Position numbers and translations under genes: made by a program. Shown one piece after another: positions 51,801 through 64,000 of a DNA stretch of 64,000 nt (position 1 is the stretch's first letter; the number at the start of each line of letters is the position of its first letter). This stretch comes from Lama glama. Its lineage: Eukaryota. Where the stretch lies: assembly GCA_028534125.1 (NCBI GenBank), contig CM052818.1:8930001-8994000 (forward strand), written 5' to 3'. A model generated the notes under the pieces. The model was not told where the DNA came from and searched no databases. It saw only the letters and a list, made by a program, of their open reading frames with translations.

Positions 51801-52879
51801 GTTTGCTGTTCCTACTGTACAGAAAAGAATTTCTAATAGTCCAGAAACAAGAAAAACACACACACAAAAGCTATCTGCTGATTGTTCAGTGTGGCAGAAG
51901 CCGTATCTGGCCTCATCCTTACTGAACTTGACTTTGAAATGTCATCTAATCAATAAAGGCTCCAGGAAGCGAGTTGGAAAATGGCACAAAAGAAATCTTT
52001 CCCAACCCTCACCCCCAGATTCTACTAGGTACCTGGCCTGCCACACTGTGTCCCAAAGTCCAGCCCTGAAGGGCGACTCAGAATCTGGCGGGGATGAGGG
52101 AAGAAGACAGGATTTGTAGTCACTGCATGAAGTTAGTCACTAGCTTCTCTAGCTCAAATAACTTACTGCAAACTTCTGGAGGTGGCAGAAAGAGAGGAGT
52201 TGCATCTTTGTTGTCTAGGGTTGAATTCTGACACCACTTAGGCTGCTGGGGCCTTTGTTCATTCATATACAATAATTGTCATCCCTCACATTAACATGGT
52301 GTTTTACAGAAAGCCCTTTCACATGCATGATCTATCTCATCTGATCCTTAGAATGGCCCTGTTAACCAGGAAGAGACCAAGCCAGAGGTGAGCTACTTTG
52401 AAAAACTGTAGAAGTAACAGACCTTGTCCACCTAATCCCCCAAATCAGATCTTTTCAGCTATATTCAGCAGGAAGACTTCATCAGATAATGCGATGGACT
52501 TTATGGACGTTGATGTACCTCTGATCCAATTTATGAAGGAAAAGAAAGTAAGACCTCATTTACTTAAAATTGCCCACAGTTCTAGAAACTAGGATTACAA
52601 GTTCAGTCCTCTGCAAAAGACAGAACTGGTGAAGAGAATTTCTTTATTTGTCACATTCATTCAGCATGCTTTGGAAGTAGTGGAAGGAACAGAAAAGTTT
52701 GAGGGGGATTCGAGGATCTGAGCCCTGGGGAAAAATGAAATGCCTAAAGAACGAAATGCCTCAATTAAAAAGAAGTCAGCCTGGAAGACAGGAGTAGGAG
52801 CGATTGTGGGAAAGTGTGATAAATCTGAAGACATTAGCAAATTCAGGGTGACTGAGAAATTACACTAATGATAATAATA

Positions 52880-53140
52880 TTAATAGCAATGATAACTAAC
52901 AATGGCTAACATTTACTGAAGACATACAAAATGCCTGGCATTACATCAAATGCTTTACATTTTACCATTTTACCATTTCACATTGGCGAGGATAATTTTA
53001 TCCCATTTTACAGAAGCGGAAAATGAGGAAAGATGAGCAATGTGCTTAAGGCCACACAGGCAGTAAGTGGCAGAGCTGGTTTTAAACTCAGGTCTGCCTG
53101 GCTTCAGAGTCCAAGCACTTAACCATTTCACAATGCTGAC
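52880..53140 (-). mobile_element. MIR SINE
   Basis: gctaacatttactga...tatcccattttacaga...aaggccacacag...gtaagtggcagagctgg. Confidence 0.85.
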
Positions 53141-54026
53141 TCACATTCATAAGTAATAACATAAGCACCATTATTAATAGTCACTAAGTACCCACAGGTG
53201 AAAGTTATTCTATGATTCAGCTAACTTTAATAAAGAGTCAGAGAAAAGCTGAGTGTTGACAGTACAATAACCCAAAGTTAATATGCAGAGATGCATATTA
53301 TAAAGAGACTAATTTCTTATTCTGAGGCAAGATGGCCTTTTTTTTTCCTCTCTGTGTTGGTCGCAGCGGGGGAGGGGGGTTGGGCAGGCAGGGAGGATTT
53401 ATTTGTATATATAGCTCCTTGTCCCCATCACCAGGAGTAGGAGGTAACATTTACTTTTGTTCTGTTGACTGTGTGGAGCCCCTTTTCCATGATCACTTCC
53501 ACTCCTTTGTAGAACCAAAATATGTGCCTAAACCTGGGGTTCTTTCCATCTATAATCAGAAGGAATTCCCAATTCTGCCTTGTTATCTAACCCAAGAACA
53601 CTAAATTATTCTTCTTGAAAAAAATCACATCTGCATTCACAGGCACTTTTGGAATGTAAAAAGATAAGTATGATCATCTTGCAATATATACAAATATCAA
53701 ATCATTATGTTGTATGTCTAAAACTCATGTTTTATGTCAATTATATCTCAATCTTTTTTAAAAAGGAAAGAGAACTGAAAAGTATTAAAAATATATTAAA
53801 TTATGAGTTTACACCTTTAACATCCTTCATATTTGGCCAACATCTATTCTCTGGGATACCAAGCCAAGGGTAAACAGGACTGGGTGGAGTGAAGGAAAAG
53901 AGTGCCTTTGATAATGCCCAAAACAGCATAGTACACTCACGTAATCAAGGCTTAACTGATAACCACCTAAAACAGAGAGAGTGCAGACAGCATATACACT
54001 GTTACAAATAAAAATAAACAATTAGT

Positions 54027-55497
54027 GTCTACCCAAGCAATAGAAAAATAAAAGCAAGAATAAACAAATGGGACCTAATTAAACTTACAAGCTTCTGCAC
54101 AGCAAAGGAAACCATAAGTAAAATGAAACAACCTACAGGAATGGAAGAAAATTTTTGCAAACAATGAAACCAACAAAGGCTTGATCTCCAGAATATATAA
54201 GCATCTCATATGACATAATAAGAAAAAAACAAACAACCCAATCCAAAAATGGGGAGCAGACCTAAACAAGCAATTCTCCAAGAAAGAAATACAAAGGATC
54301 AACAGGAACATGAAAAAATGCTCAATATCACTAATTATCAGAGAAATGCAAATCAAAACTACAATGAGGTATCACCTCACACCAGTCAGAATGGCCATAA
54401 TTCAAAAGTTCACAAATAACAAATGCTGGAGAGGGTATGGAGAAAAGGGAACCCTCCTACACTGCTGGTGGGAATGCAGTTTGGTGCAGCCACTGTGGAA
54501 AACAGTATGGAGATTCCTCAAAAGACTAGNNNNNNNNNNNNNNNNNNNNNNNNNNNNNNNNNNNNNNNNNNNNNNNNNNNNNNNNNNNNNNNNNNNNNNN
54601 NNNNNNNNNNNNNNNNNNNNNNNNNNNNNNNNNNNNNNNNNNNNNNNNNNNNNNNNNNNNNNNNNNNNNNNNNNNNNNNNNNNNNNNNNNNNNNNNNNNN
54701 NNNNNNNNNNNNNNNNNNNNNNNNNNNNNNNNNNNNNNNNNNNNNNNNNNNNNNNNNNNNNNNNNNNNNNNNNNNNNNNNNNNNNNNNNNNNNNNNNNNN
54801 NNNNNNNNNNNNNNNNNNNNNNNNNNNNNNNNNNNNNNNNNNNNNNNNNNNNNNNNNNNNNNNNNNNNNNNNNNNNNNNNNNNNNNNNNNNNNNNNNNNN
54901 NNNNNNNNNNNNNNNNNNNNNNNNNNNNNNNNNNNNNNNNNNNNNNNNNNNNNNNNNNNNNNNNNNNNNNNNNNNNNNNNNNNNNNNNNNNNNNNNNNNN
55001 NNNNNNNNNNNNNNNNNNNNNNNNNNNNNAATATTATTCAGCCATAAAAAATGACAACATAATGCCATTTGCAGCAACATGGATGTCCCTAGAGAATGTC
55101 ATTCTAAGTGAAGTAAGCCAGAAAGAGAAAGAAAAATACCATAAGAGATCACTCATATGTGGAATCTGAAAAAAAAAAAGAACATAAATACAAAACAGAA
55201 ACAGACTCATAGACATAGAATACAAACTTGTGGTTGCCAAGGGGGTGGGGGGTGGGAAGGGACAGACTGGGATTTCAAAATTTGTAGATACTGACAGGTA
55301 CATGCAGAATAGATAAACAAGATTATACTGTATAGCACAGGGAAATATATTCAAGATCTTGTGGTAGCTCACAGACAAAAAAAAACCGTGACAATGAATA
55401 TATGCATGTTCATGTGTAACTGACAAATTGTGCTCTACACTGGAATTTGACACAACATTGTAAAATGACTATTAATCAATAAAAAAAGTTTAAAAAA
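54027..55497 (+). mobile_element. Young 5'-truncated LINE-1 (ORF2 C-terminus and 3' UTR) spanning an assembly gap
   Basis: Translation [31 protein letters not shown]...[18 protein letters not shown] is the L1 ORF2p cysteine-rich region. Followed by 3' UTR, AATAAA and an A tail. Confidence 0.95.
54530..55029. other. Assembly gap (500 N)
   Basis: Run of N read directly. Confidence 0.99.
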
Positions 55498-55733
55498 CTA
55501 GTAAAAATAATGCTTACTTTACTTTGTAGTCTATTCTTTTGTTTAAAAAGAACACAATTACCACTCTATCCAAGATTATGTCAATAAGCCAGAAATATGA
55601 ACTATCTAAGTGGGGTCAAAGAAACGGGACAAAAATATTGGTGAAAACAATGAACTATTTTGAAGGAAAGAGTTATGTCTCCAAAAGAGGTATAAGAAAA
55701 ACATCTTGACAGTATGATTTATGTTTCCTCTAT

Positions 55734-55779
55734 GAAATAAGTCTGTGTTAATCTCCGAAATAAGTCTGTGTTAATCTCC
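55734..55779 (+). repeat. Perfect 23-bp tandem duplication
   Basis: gaaataagtctgtgttaatctcc occurs twice in tandem. Confidence 0.95.
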
Positions 55780-55904
55780 TCAACGTGATTTGGCAAGTTC
55801 TTTGCCAATGGAGGAAGCATGAACAGAATATGGTCTTCTAGCTGAGATGCCTCAGTCATGTTTTGCTGGTTTCTGAAGAACTTTAGCCACATTTATAGAA
55901 CAGA

Positions 55905-56435
55905 ACACATTTAAAATTTTTCATTACATCAAGTATATCAAAAATATGACACTCATATACTCTTTCCCCAGATTCACCATTTGTTCAATTATTAATACCT
56001 TGCCACATTTGCTTTGTCATTCTCTCTCTCTCAAAATCCTTGAAAGTAGGGGATGTTGTGACCTTGTATTCTTAAAAATTTTAGTGTACATTTCCTAAAG
56101 ACAAGACAGTTTCTCATATAACCATGGTTATATAATATTGATAAACACTACTATCTAACCCAGTCTATATTCAAATTTTATCAAATGCTTCAATAATGTC
56201 CTTTATAAAGGGTTTTTTTGTTTTTTTCTGCTCTCAAATCAAATCCACAATCACATACTAATTGCATTTAGATGTCATACATCTTTAGTCTCCTTTATTC
56301 AGGAAGAGTTTCTCAGTCAACCTTTCTTGTGTTTCTTGATTGCGACATTTTTTTTAAGAATATAAGCTAGTTATTTTACAGAATGTCAACTGGGGTTTGT
56401 CTGATGTTTCCTCATGATGAGATTCTATATGCATA
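55905..56435 (-). mobile_element. Old L1MC/L1ME 3' region
   Basis: ccagattcacc...ttgccacatttgcttt...ttgcatttag...tctttagtctcctt...gtttgtctgatgtttcctcatgat. Similar to 28210-28790. Confidence 0.7.
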
Positions 56436-58044
56436 TGAATACCTATCTATTCCCTAGTTCCTATCCCCTGTGATTAGTGAATATGGGTTCTTAAGTCATG
56501 CAAACCTAAATTAAAACTCTACTTTCTAGCTGTGTGGCTGGCTAAATTTAGTTTCCTAATCTGTAAGATGATGATTTTAACAAATTTAATGGATAAGGTT
56601 GCTGTGAAGATTTAATGAGATAATGCATTCAAAGCAACTTAACACAGTTAGGGTGGGGGAAAAACTGTATCTTACACCTCTCTGATTTTACCACAGTACC
56701 TGATATCCAGCAACATTAAAATAATATTGGTTGATTAAGCAGCATCCCTATTGACTCTAGGCTAGAGTTGCCAAGAACATGAACTTGTTTAGGGCACTGC
56801 TAATAAATACCCTGACTAAAAGCAGGGTCAGGAGTTCGGGTGCAAACTCTGTCCTTCCTGTAAACTCATCACTGTCAATCCTAAGAAAAAGAGAATATCC
56901 AAATCAAGCAATTTTCTTACAGTCAAATTGAGACATAATTTTAATATTCAACAATAACATTGAAAAATCAGGAAGTCCACAGTTAAGATGCCAGTCTTAC
57001 TTCATTTCCATAATTCCCTTGCCCATAGCAAGAGGGCAAGGGAGCTCGTTTGCAGAGCATTTCCTATTGTTTTAGTATGATAATCTTATCCTCCCCACCT
57101 TCACTTAGAAAACACCAATAAAATTATTCTACATATGTTAAATCAGTCCTCTGTGTCAGAAATTGAAACAAAACGAATTATAGTAACTGAACCAATTCTT
57201 CAAAATATGGAAATACAAACCCACTTGAGATTTGGGATCTAATCTAATTGGGATTTTTCTATGTTACTAACTCAGATTATTTCATCATTTTTCTATTTTC
57301 CCCCCTCTGTCAATTAGAACTTCAAATGAAAGTCAAATGATTCCCTAGGGGTTAAAAAAAAATGAAACAAACAAGAAAATTCCTGTGTTCCACATTTCAA
57401 ACTGTGAGGAGGGGCCTCCAGCAAAGCAAATGGAAAATTATGTTCTCAACACTGGGCTGAGATGAGGATTTACACCTATAAGCTGAAAAAACAAAAGAAA
57501 ATTCCAATGCAAAGCCTTTATCTTCATCAAAGAAGAGTAAAAATATTATAGTATGAACATTAAGACAGAACTTTCAATAATTCTGTCACTTATAGGACAC
57601 AGAACCTTAGTCTGAGTCTGTCTTCAAGAAATATTTAGAGTGAAATGAACTGTTTTAGAAATGGGAATTCTCAAGTGGAGGTTAAATCTAAACATACGAC
57701 AATGATTATGCTATATCATGAAGGTCACTATTAGCCTTTGTTCCTTAGAACATAATGGCTCATAATTTGAAATTTCCAGAAAGTAATACATACTTTTGTA
57801 AACATCTTTAAATTCAAGGAGAAAAGCACTTCTCAGCTCACTTCACTGCATTACTCATAAGATCTCACTCAGTATTATGTTTAAAAGTCTAGTATATTTA
57901 AAACATTTTGAAGGTTAGGGTTAGAAAGAAGTATGTAAATGTATGTAAATTCTGCCATTTTACACTCAGTTTCCCTCTCCCTCTATAGGAAGAGCAAGAA
58001 ATGAGCCCTCTCTATCATTGCATATGGAACCCAAAGCAATATTA

Positions 58045-58275
58045 TGGAGGGAAAAATCTGGTTTGAGAGTTAAACAATTTGGATTTAGATACAGCTCCAC
58101 TATTAACAGCTGTGTGAACTTGGGAAAGTCATTTAATTTTCTTGAGTTTGGTTTCCAAATCTAGAAAATAGAAAAGTAATATCTATCTTATAGGACTGTT
58201 ATAAAGACTAAGACAGCACATATGCAAGCACCCAGCACTGTATCTTGTGTGAAAAGACTCTCAATAAATCTTAGT
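58045..58275 (+). mobile_element. MIR SINE
   Basis: cagctccacta...gctgtgtgaacttgggaaagtcattta...gcacccagcac...tcaataaat. Confidence 0.75.
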
Positions 58276-59599
58276 CTCTCTCTCTACTCCCTTACACACA
58301 TCCTGTCCCCTGACACTTTAACAGTTCTGCTGAACACTTTAACTACAGCTCGGTTTTCTTCAGAACAGGCACTTGGCTCTTAAGAGTGACAAATAGAAAT
58401 GTGGAAGACTCCTGGGGTCTGATGTTGTCCCAGAGAAGCAAAAAAGTTCTCACACTGGGAAACAGCACCAACTGCTTCAGGCTATGACAAGCCCCAAACA
58501 GTAAATCAACTCCTGCATGTCTGTGCAGTGTTACTTAACATCCTGAGCGCTTTGTGTTCTTTCAACAGTCTTTTTCTCCCTGCAAGGATCAGGCACACTA
58601 TTTGCCCTCTTTCCCCTTCTTAATAGAGGTCTTTATTCAACAAGACCACCCAATGGATTCAAATATTAGGAATCAGAAGAGGCCAGGCTCAACCACGAAA
58701 AAACTGGCAAAGTCTCAGGACTAAACAGTAAGCCCTTCTTAACCTTTCAGAATCTGGATTTTGTGCTTTCTGTTCTTGGAAATAGCAGACTTGCTGATGC
58801 ACTGGTTCAAACATGTCTGTGTACTTCCCTTGCCTACATTACCATAAAACTCTTACCATGTCTTCTTGCTGAAGTTCAGAATCTTAGACTTTGATTGCAA
58901 TCTAACAAAGCAATACTTCCAAACCTCTCTCACTTCATGGTACAGACAGATCTTAACACATGACACCTCTGAGCTAAAGGGACTTGAAAGTATTGATGGC
59001 TACAAAGCAGCATTGAGAGAAAAGGCATACAAAGATAAACCCACTTGCCACCTGAGTCGGAGAATTTTACCCCCTAAATAGAATTGTTCCAACTCCAAGT
59101 AGCTCTAGGTCAATGTCCACGCTCCTTCACAGGGCTGACCATTCATGTCAGACCAAAGGAGAAAAGTCAGAAACACAACCAACATTTGATGTGGGGCAGT
59201 AGGTTCTCAATATAAGGATCACAAAACACTAATCAGTGAATTAGGCATCAGATATAGTTTTAAACTGAGGATTCAGTGGTAAACAAGGAGCCTCTGCCCT
59301 TGAGGAGCTAACATTCTAATGGAGGAGAAAAGGCAATAAATTAAAACAATTTAACAGGCAATTTCACTAGATCGAGTAGTTTTGATACCCTGAGAAAACC
59401 GTTAGCCACCTCCCAGGTAGTTTATCTGAGGAAGTAAAGAAGACTGAATAAATTATAAGAGACTGACCCAGTTCTAAAATTCAGTTATCACATTATTGTC
59501 TCTTTACTGTAGACTTAGTGTCATTGCCTCTGTCCTTTGGTAACACATACAAAAGCAGGATGAGATCATTCATAGGAAGATAATGAAGACTCAGCATAA

Positions 59600-59820
59600 A
59601 ATTACAGAGCACAAGACCAGAAATCAGATGATCTAGGATCTACTTCCAGTTCTATCACTTAATATTCATGTGAACTTAGGTAATTCATTTAAACTCTCAA
59701 AGCCTGACTTTCCTCATCTATTCTATCCCACTTTGTAGGGGTTTTAGGAACTTTAAATGAGGCAATATAATAAAAGAACTTGAAAATATTTAAAACATTG
59801 GACAAATACCAATTATTATT
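59600..59820 (+). mobile_element. MIR SINE
   Basis: ccagttctatcactta...tgtgaacttagg...gcctgactttcctcatcta. Confidence 0.7.
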
Positions 59821-62800
59821 GCCTAATCAAACTATTTATAGGATGGCAGGTGAGAAAAGAGACAGTAACTTACATTTAAGGCCAAAATGAATCCCTAGTC
59901 CTGTATATTAGATGTTTTGAAAACTTGGCTTCCATTCTATTGTCCCAAAGGGATCACCCTTTGGAAGAAATGGATCCTAAAGCATCATGTCAAGTCTCAG
60001 ACAGCCTTCTTAGTGATTACTCCCCACTCTAAGCCAAGATCAGAACATCACTTTCTAAAAGATACTTCATTTCTTGGTAACTTTATCCCATGATTAAACA
60101 TCCTTACATTATGAGTTTTCTCACCGATTACTATCAATTAGGAGGTAGGAAGTAATTATGAAGTCACCTCTCTTAGTTGTTAAGACAGACTATCAAGGAT
60201 CTTGATAATCTCTTTTTTCTCCTTGGAAGACTATCCTTTCATTTTCCTTGGTATCCCCATGGCCACCATCTTAAATTCAACTGCCCATGGGGCAGAGGGC
60301 CAAGGAGAGAGCCAGAGCAGGCTGGGGCAATACAGGGAGTGAGGAGTGGCGGGATTAAAGTGGTGAATACAAGTATCATTTAAAGGGACAATGATTTCTC
60401 AGCTCCAGTCTGTTACTTATAGAAAAGTAGGCCCAGTGTTGACCAATCTTTGTTATTTCAAAAAAGTCTAGAAACCACATTTTTGTGTGACACCCCTTAA
60501 ATTTTATTTGCAAAATGCTCAGTCACCTGGAGTTAGTATAAATTCACAGTGCATATTTCTTCTGCCAGCGAAAAGATGAATCATTTATTTTAAAAGTATT
60601 TATTGATGCTGACATATAATTTATGTTATTTTGATCTGAGGAAGTAAATATTAAGCCGGGCCTTGCAAACCAGAGATAGGAAAGAGAATATTTCAGGGTA
60701 GGCAAACATTATTTGCAAAGACATTGAGGGAGAAATATGCCTGGCATGTTGGCATGTTGGGGTAGTAAGGAGAATGGATAGACTTGCTTGGTCAAAAAAG
60801 AGAATTCCTTTAGAGGAGGAATGGGATGCAGATGGGAAACAATTATGAAAGACCTTGAATTCTAGAGTAAAGAGTTAAGATTTTAATAGATGACCTTTAA
60901 AAGATAAAGACCATTATGAAGAGGGGGAATCACCGCATTTCACATCTTGCCAAGAGATACATGTTGCTATTCTTCCCACCTTTTTCAAAACAGAGGACAA
61001 GGCTGAATGCTGACCCATGAAACCTGGAGTTCTAAAAAATTCCCAGTGAATGCCAGTTTAACCAACCACACTATAAGTCAACTCTGTTGGCACTGTGGTG
61101 GTGGTCAAGGCTTTCAAAGCAAAAATTAAATGATCTCTAAAGGGCTATTTCTTTCTGATCAATAAAAACATTTAGAATTTAAAACTCAAAGGGTTACTGG
61201 ACAGTTTGGCACACTGTCAGGTTAATCAACAGACAGAGCTCTCATCAGACTGCGTATCAGCCTGCATGAAGCTGGATAGGGAAGGCTGGACTCCTAAGAC
61301 TTCCACCAGGGGCACCAGCCCCAGAACTCTGTGCCACCATCCATCCACATTCAACAGGCAGCTCATGTTTCACCATCAGAGCCATTTCTGTTTTTTTGCT
61401 GCAACAAATGATTCTGAGGCTTCCAGTCCAACTAATCTTCTCAGTAAAGTTCCTGGAGACAAGTGGCCAGAAGAATAGAGCTATGGACTTCCACCATGAC
61501 CCGTGATACTAAAATACCAAATACCAAATAAATGGAGTTCGTTTGTTTAGACCAAACACCCTAGAAGGCAGAGTTGAAAAAGGTCACATACACATAGGTA
61601 AGGAACTTAAACTTGATCACAAATGTGGAAACCATTAATGATTTTTGGCCAGATAAATATTATTATGAGAAGATTTTAAGGAATACTAACCTGGTGGTAC
61701 TATTCAAGGTGGCCTGAAGTGGAGAGAAAGACTAAAAATAGGAAGAATAACTTAAGCAAAAGCACAGAGTTGGCAATGAGCATGGTGGGTCTGAAGGATG
61801 GTGAGGAGGCCAGGCTGGGCCTCTCAGGGCTTAGGAAACCCTCAGAACTGTTATTAGTCTTTCTCTCTCACACACACAGATGCATGTGCACATCCCCCAT
61901 ACATCCATCATAGCTCTCTTCTTCCCAGAACACAACTTCTGTAATATACACGTGACCAATATTTACTACCCGCGTGCAAGCTCTATGTGACCCCTCAGCT
62001 ATGGTGCTCCTCACCATCTGGCAGCCTCCCTACATCAATAAATTGAAAATCCTGAAAGTAAACTATCTCACCCCAAAAACACAGGCTCCGCCTGAGCAGA
62101 GCCCATCTCTCCAAACCATGTCACAAATACCTGTTTAGACTACAGATGGACAATCCTTGCTCAGGGTTCCCTCTGATTTAATTAACTGGAGGTCAGTGGG
62201 TAGGGTTGAAAAGCTGACATGGCTTACTACTCAAGTAGCAAGAGCTACTAAGAGCTAGGGAAAGCAGCGTCTCTTGGGTCAGCTGGCAAGGTAGGGCCGG
62301 CAGTGATAGACATTTTTTGCTATAGCTTGGGAAGAGCAGAAAATTGACTAGGTAGAGCACAGAGAGCTTTTAAAGCCAAGTGGATGTGATGGCCATTTAA
62401 GATCAGCAAACATGTAAGGTTAACTTATACCCAATGGAAATGAACTGTTCATTTGACTAAATATGACATCTGTTTATGTGTGCACATGTATGCACCATGA
62501 TTCAAGCAAACTACCATAGATGTATAAATCCTTAGTTTCACACAAGTGAAAAATCATTGTTCATTTTCTAAAGTTTTTTAAAATTAGTCTTTTAAATATA
62601 ATCCCCTAATGCTGAAAAATTAAATTTAAACTCAAAGCAAGCAATTGAGCCTATATTCTGACAATCATATAGAAATATATTCTCTGTGTTTCTTCGCATT
62701 TTGCACAATTCTTAATCTATTATATTGTACATATATGCTTTCTTTACATGACTGTTTCCTCAAAGTAGAGAACAGACTATGTTTGTTTACAGTTGTATCT

Positions 62801-63122
62801 CTAGCCTCTAGAATTGTGCATCGGACATGGCAGGCACTTCTAAATGATAAAGAGCAGTTGGTGGGAAATATATAAGAATGGAACAAACTAAGGGATGTTT
62901 TGAATTCTGTCAGCCTGTATTAATGTCCCATAACAGTTTCATTGAAAAGAATACAGGTAGAACATAGACAACTTTAAAAGTTTAATTGTTTAGAACAGTT
63001 TACTACAGATGATAGAAGAATCCATTTCTATCCACATTGCTGATTTCAGTAAACATGTACAAAGACAGCAAATTTTTCCTGAGTTTTCAACACCTGTAAA
63101 ACAAAATTATTCTTTCTAGTCA

Positions 63123-63292
63123 TTTTTTTAAGAACATTTTTTGTACAATTAATTTTATTTTATTTATTTATTTATTTTGGGGAGGAGGTAATTAGGTTTA
63201 TTTGTTTATTTTTTAACAGAGGTACTGTGGATTGAACCCAGGACCTCGTGCATGCTAAGCATGCACTCTACCACTGAGCTACACCCTGCCCC
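63123..63292 (-). mobile_element. tRNA-Ala-derived SINE (Vic-1-like)
   Basis: Well-preserved tRNA-like head. TSD ttctttctag(t/c)ca at 63110-63122 and 63293-63305. Confidence 0.92.
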
Positions 63293-63529
63293 TTCTTTCT
63301 AGCCAATTTTCAGGGGTAATACAAACATGAATCAATTTGTGAAATTGCTCAATTGATCCGTTCAAGGAATTATAGAATTCCAGTAAAAGTTGAAAGCTAA
63401 GACTACTACATGCAAAGTTATTAAGGTGTGACTGTGTTCTATATACCGTCTTCATCCACAACAAGATCATCATAGTATGAAAGAGATGTACATACACAAT
63501 AAACTACAATTCAAAATAAAATGTCAAGG

Positions 63530-64000
63530 ATGTAATAGAAAAAGGTTTAGTGCAGGTTTTATGAATATACATACAAGAGGGATATTAAGTCTGACTGGAG
63601 GAATTAGAAAGTCAGAGTCATGAAGGAAATGGCATGTGTACTAGGGTTCCTATAGAAAGAAACAGTGATATTTCAAAGAAGAGGGAACAGTTTTTTTGTT
63701 TGAGCAGAGTTTTTGTATAGTTTAGAAGTCCAGTCTGATGGTAGAAGAGTCAGGATGAGATAAAGCCATGGTGAGGTTACATAATAAGGCATTAGGAGTT
63801 CAGGTGATGGAAGCCATTCAAGAGGAATTAAATGGTCAGGTGTGTCTTTCAGGAGGCAGTGTGAAAGACTAGAGGCAAAAGATTAGGGACCAGGTGAAGA
63901 GGGCCTGATCTAAGGCTGTGGCCATGGGAATAAATGGATAGATAGGTACACAAAGTACTGGAGACATACAGGACTAGGTAACCAAATGGATTGGAGGTAA
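63530..64000. mobile_element. L2 LINE fragment
   Basis: Purine-rich L2-like motifs (atggaagccatt, gactagaggca, gggcctgatctaagg). Confidence 0.6.

Larger units (their letters stand above)
42218..64000 (-). other. COMMD1: 3' part of the last intron of COMMD1 (upstream exons lie beyond the window)
   Basis: Begins at the acceptor AG. No other COMMD1 coding exon is recognisable up to the window end, and COMMD1 is known to have very long introns. Confidence 0.85.

Noticed and set aside
54310..55453. Longest ORFs in the track (245, 248, 184 and 139 aa)
   Set aside because: They are inflated by the N gap or are antisense to an L1. The real part is a fragment of L1 ORF2 in a 5'-truncated copy.
57913..57924. 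Telomere-like ggttagggttag
   Set aside because: Fewer than two full units, so a chance occurrence.
1..64000. CRISPR array, operon, rRNA or other novel multi-gene system
   Set aside because: The window is mammalian intronic and intergenic DNA, with no regularly spaced repeats, long intact ORFs or rRNA-like sequence.

Overview
This is mammalian genomic DNA, most likely camelid (alpaca/camel), judged from several tRNA-Ala-derived Vic-1-like SINEs and matching young LINE-1 3' ends. The only functional coding sequence I can support is the last coding exon of COMMD1 (minus strand, 42110-42217) with its 3' UTR and ATTAAA signal. The region 42218-64000 is the intron upstream of that exon and 1-42000 is downstream intergenic DNA. 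The intergenic part holds a near full-length, disabled processed pseudogene of PIGP (minus strand, about 13518-14650) that was later hit by two L1 tails. The rest is transposable elements (L1, L2, MIR, LTRs, DNA-transposon remnants), some with clear target-site duplications (TSDs), nesting or 5' inversion, plus a 500-N assembly gap. Almost all ORFs in the track are spurious or decayed L1 ORF2. I found no evidence of a novel multi-gene system. Repeat family names come from my recall of consensus sequences, and boundaries of old repeats are approximate.
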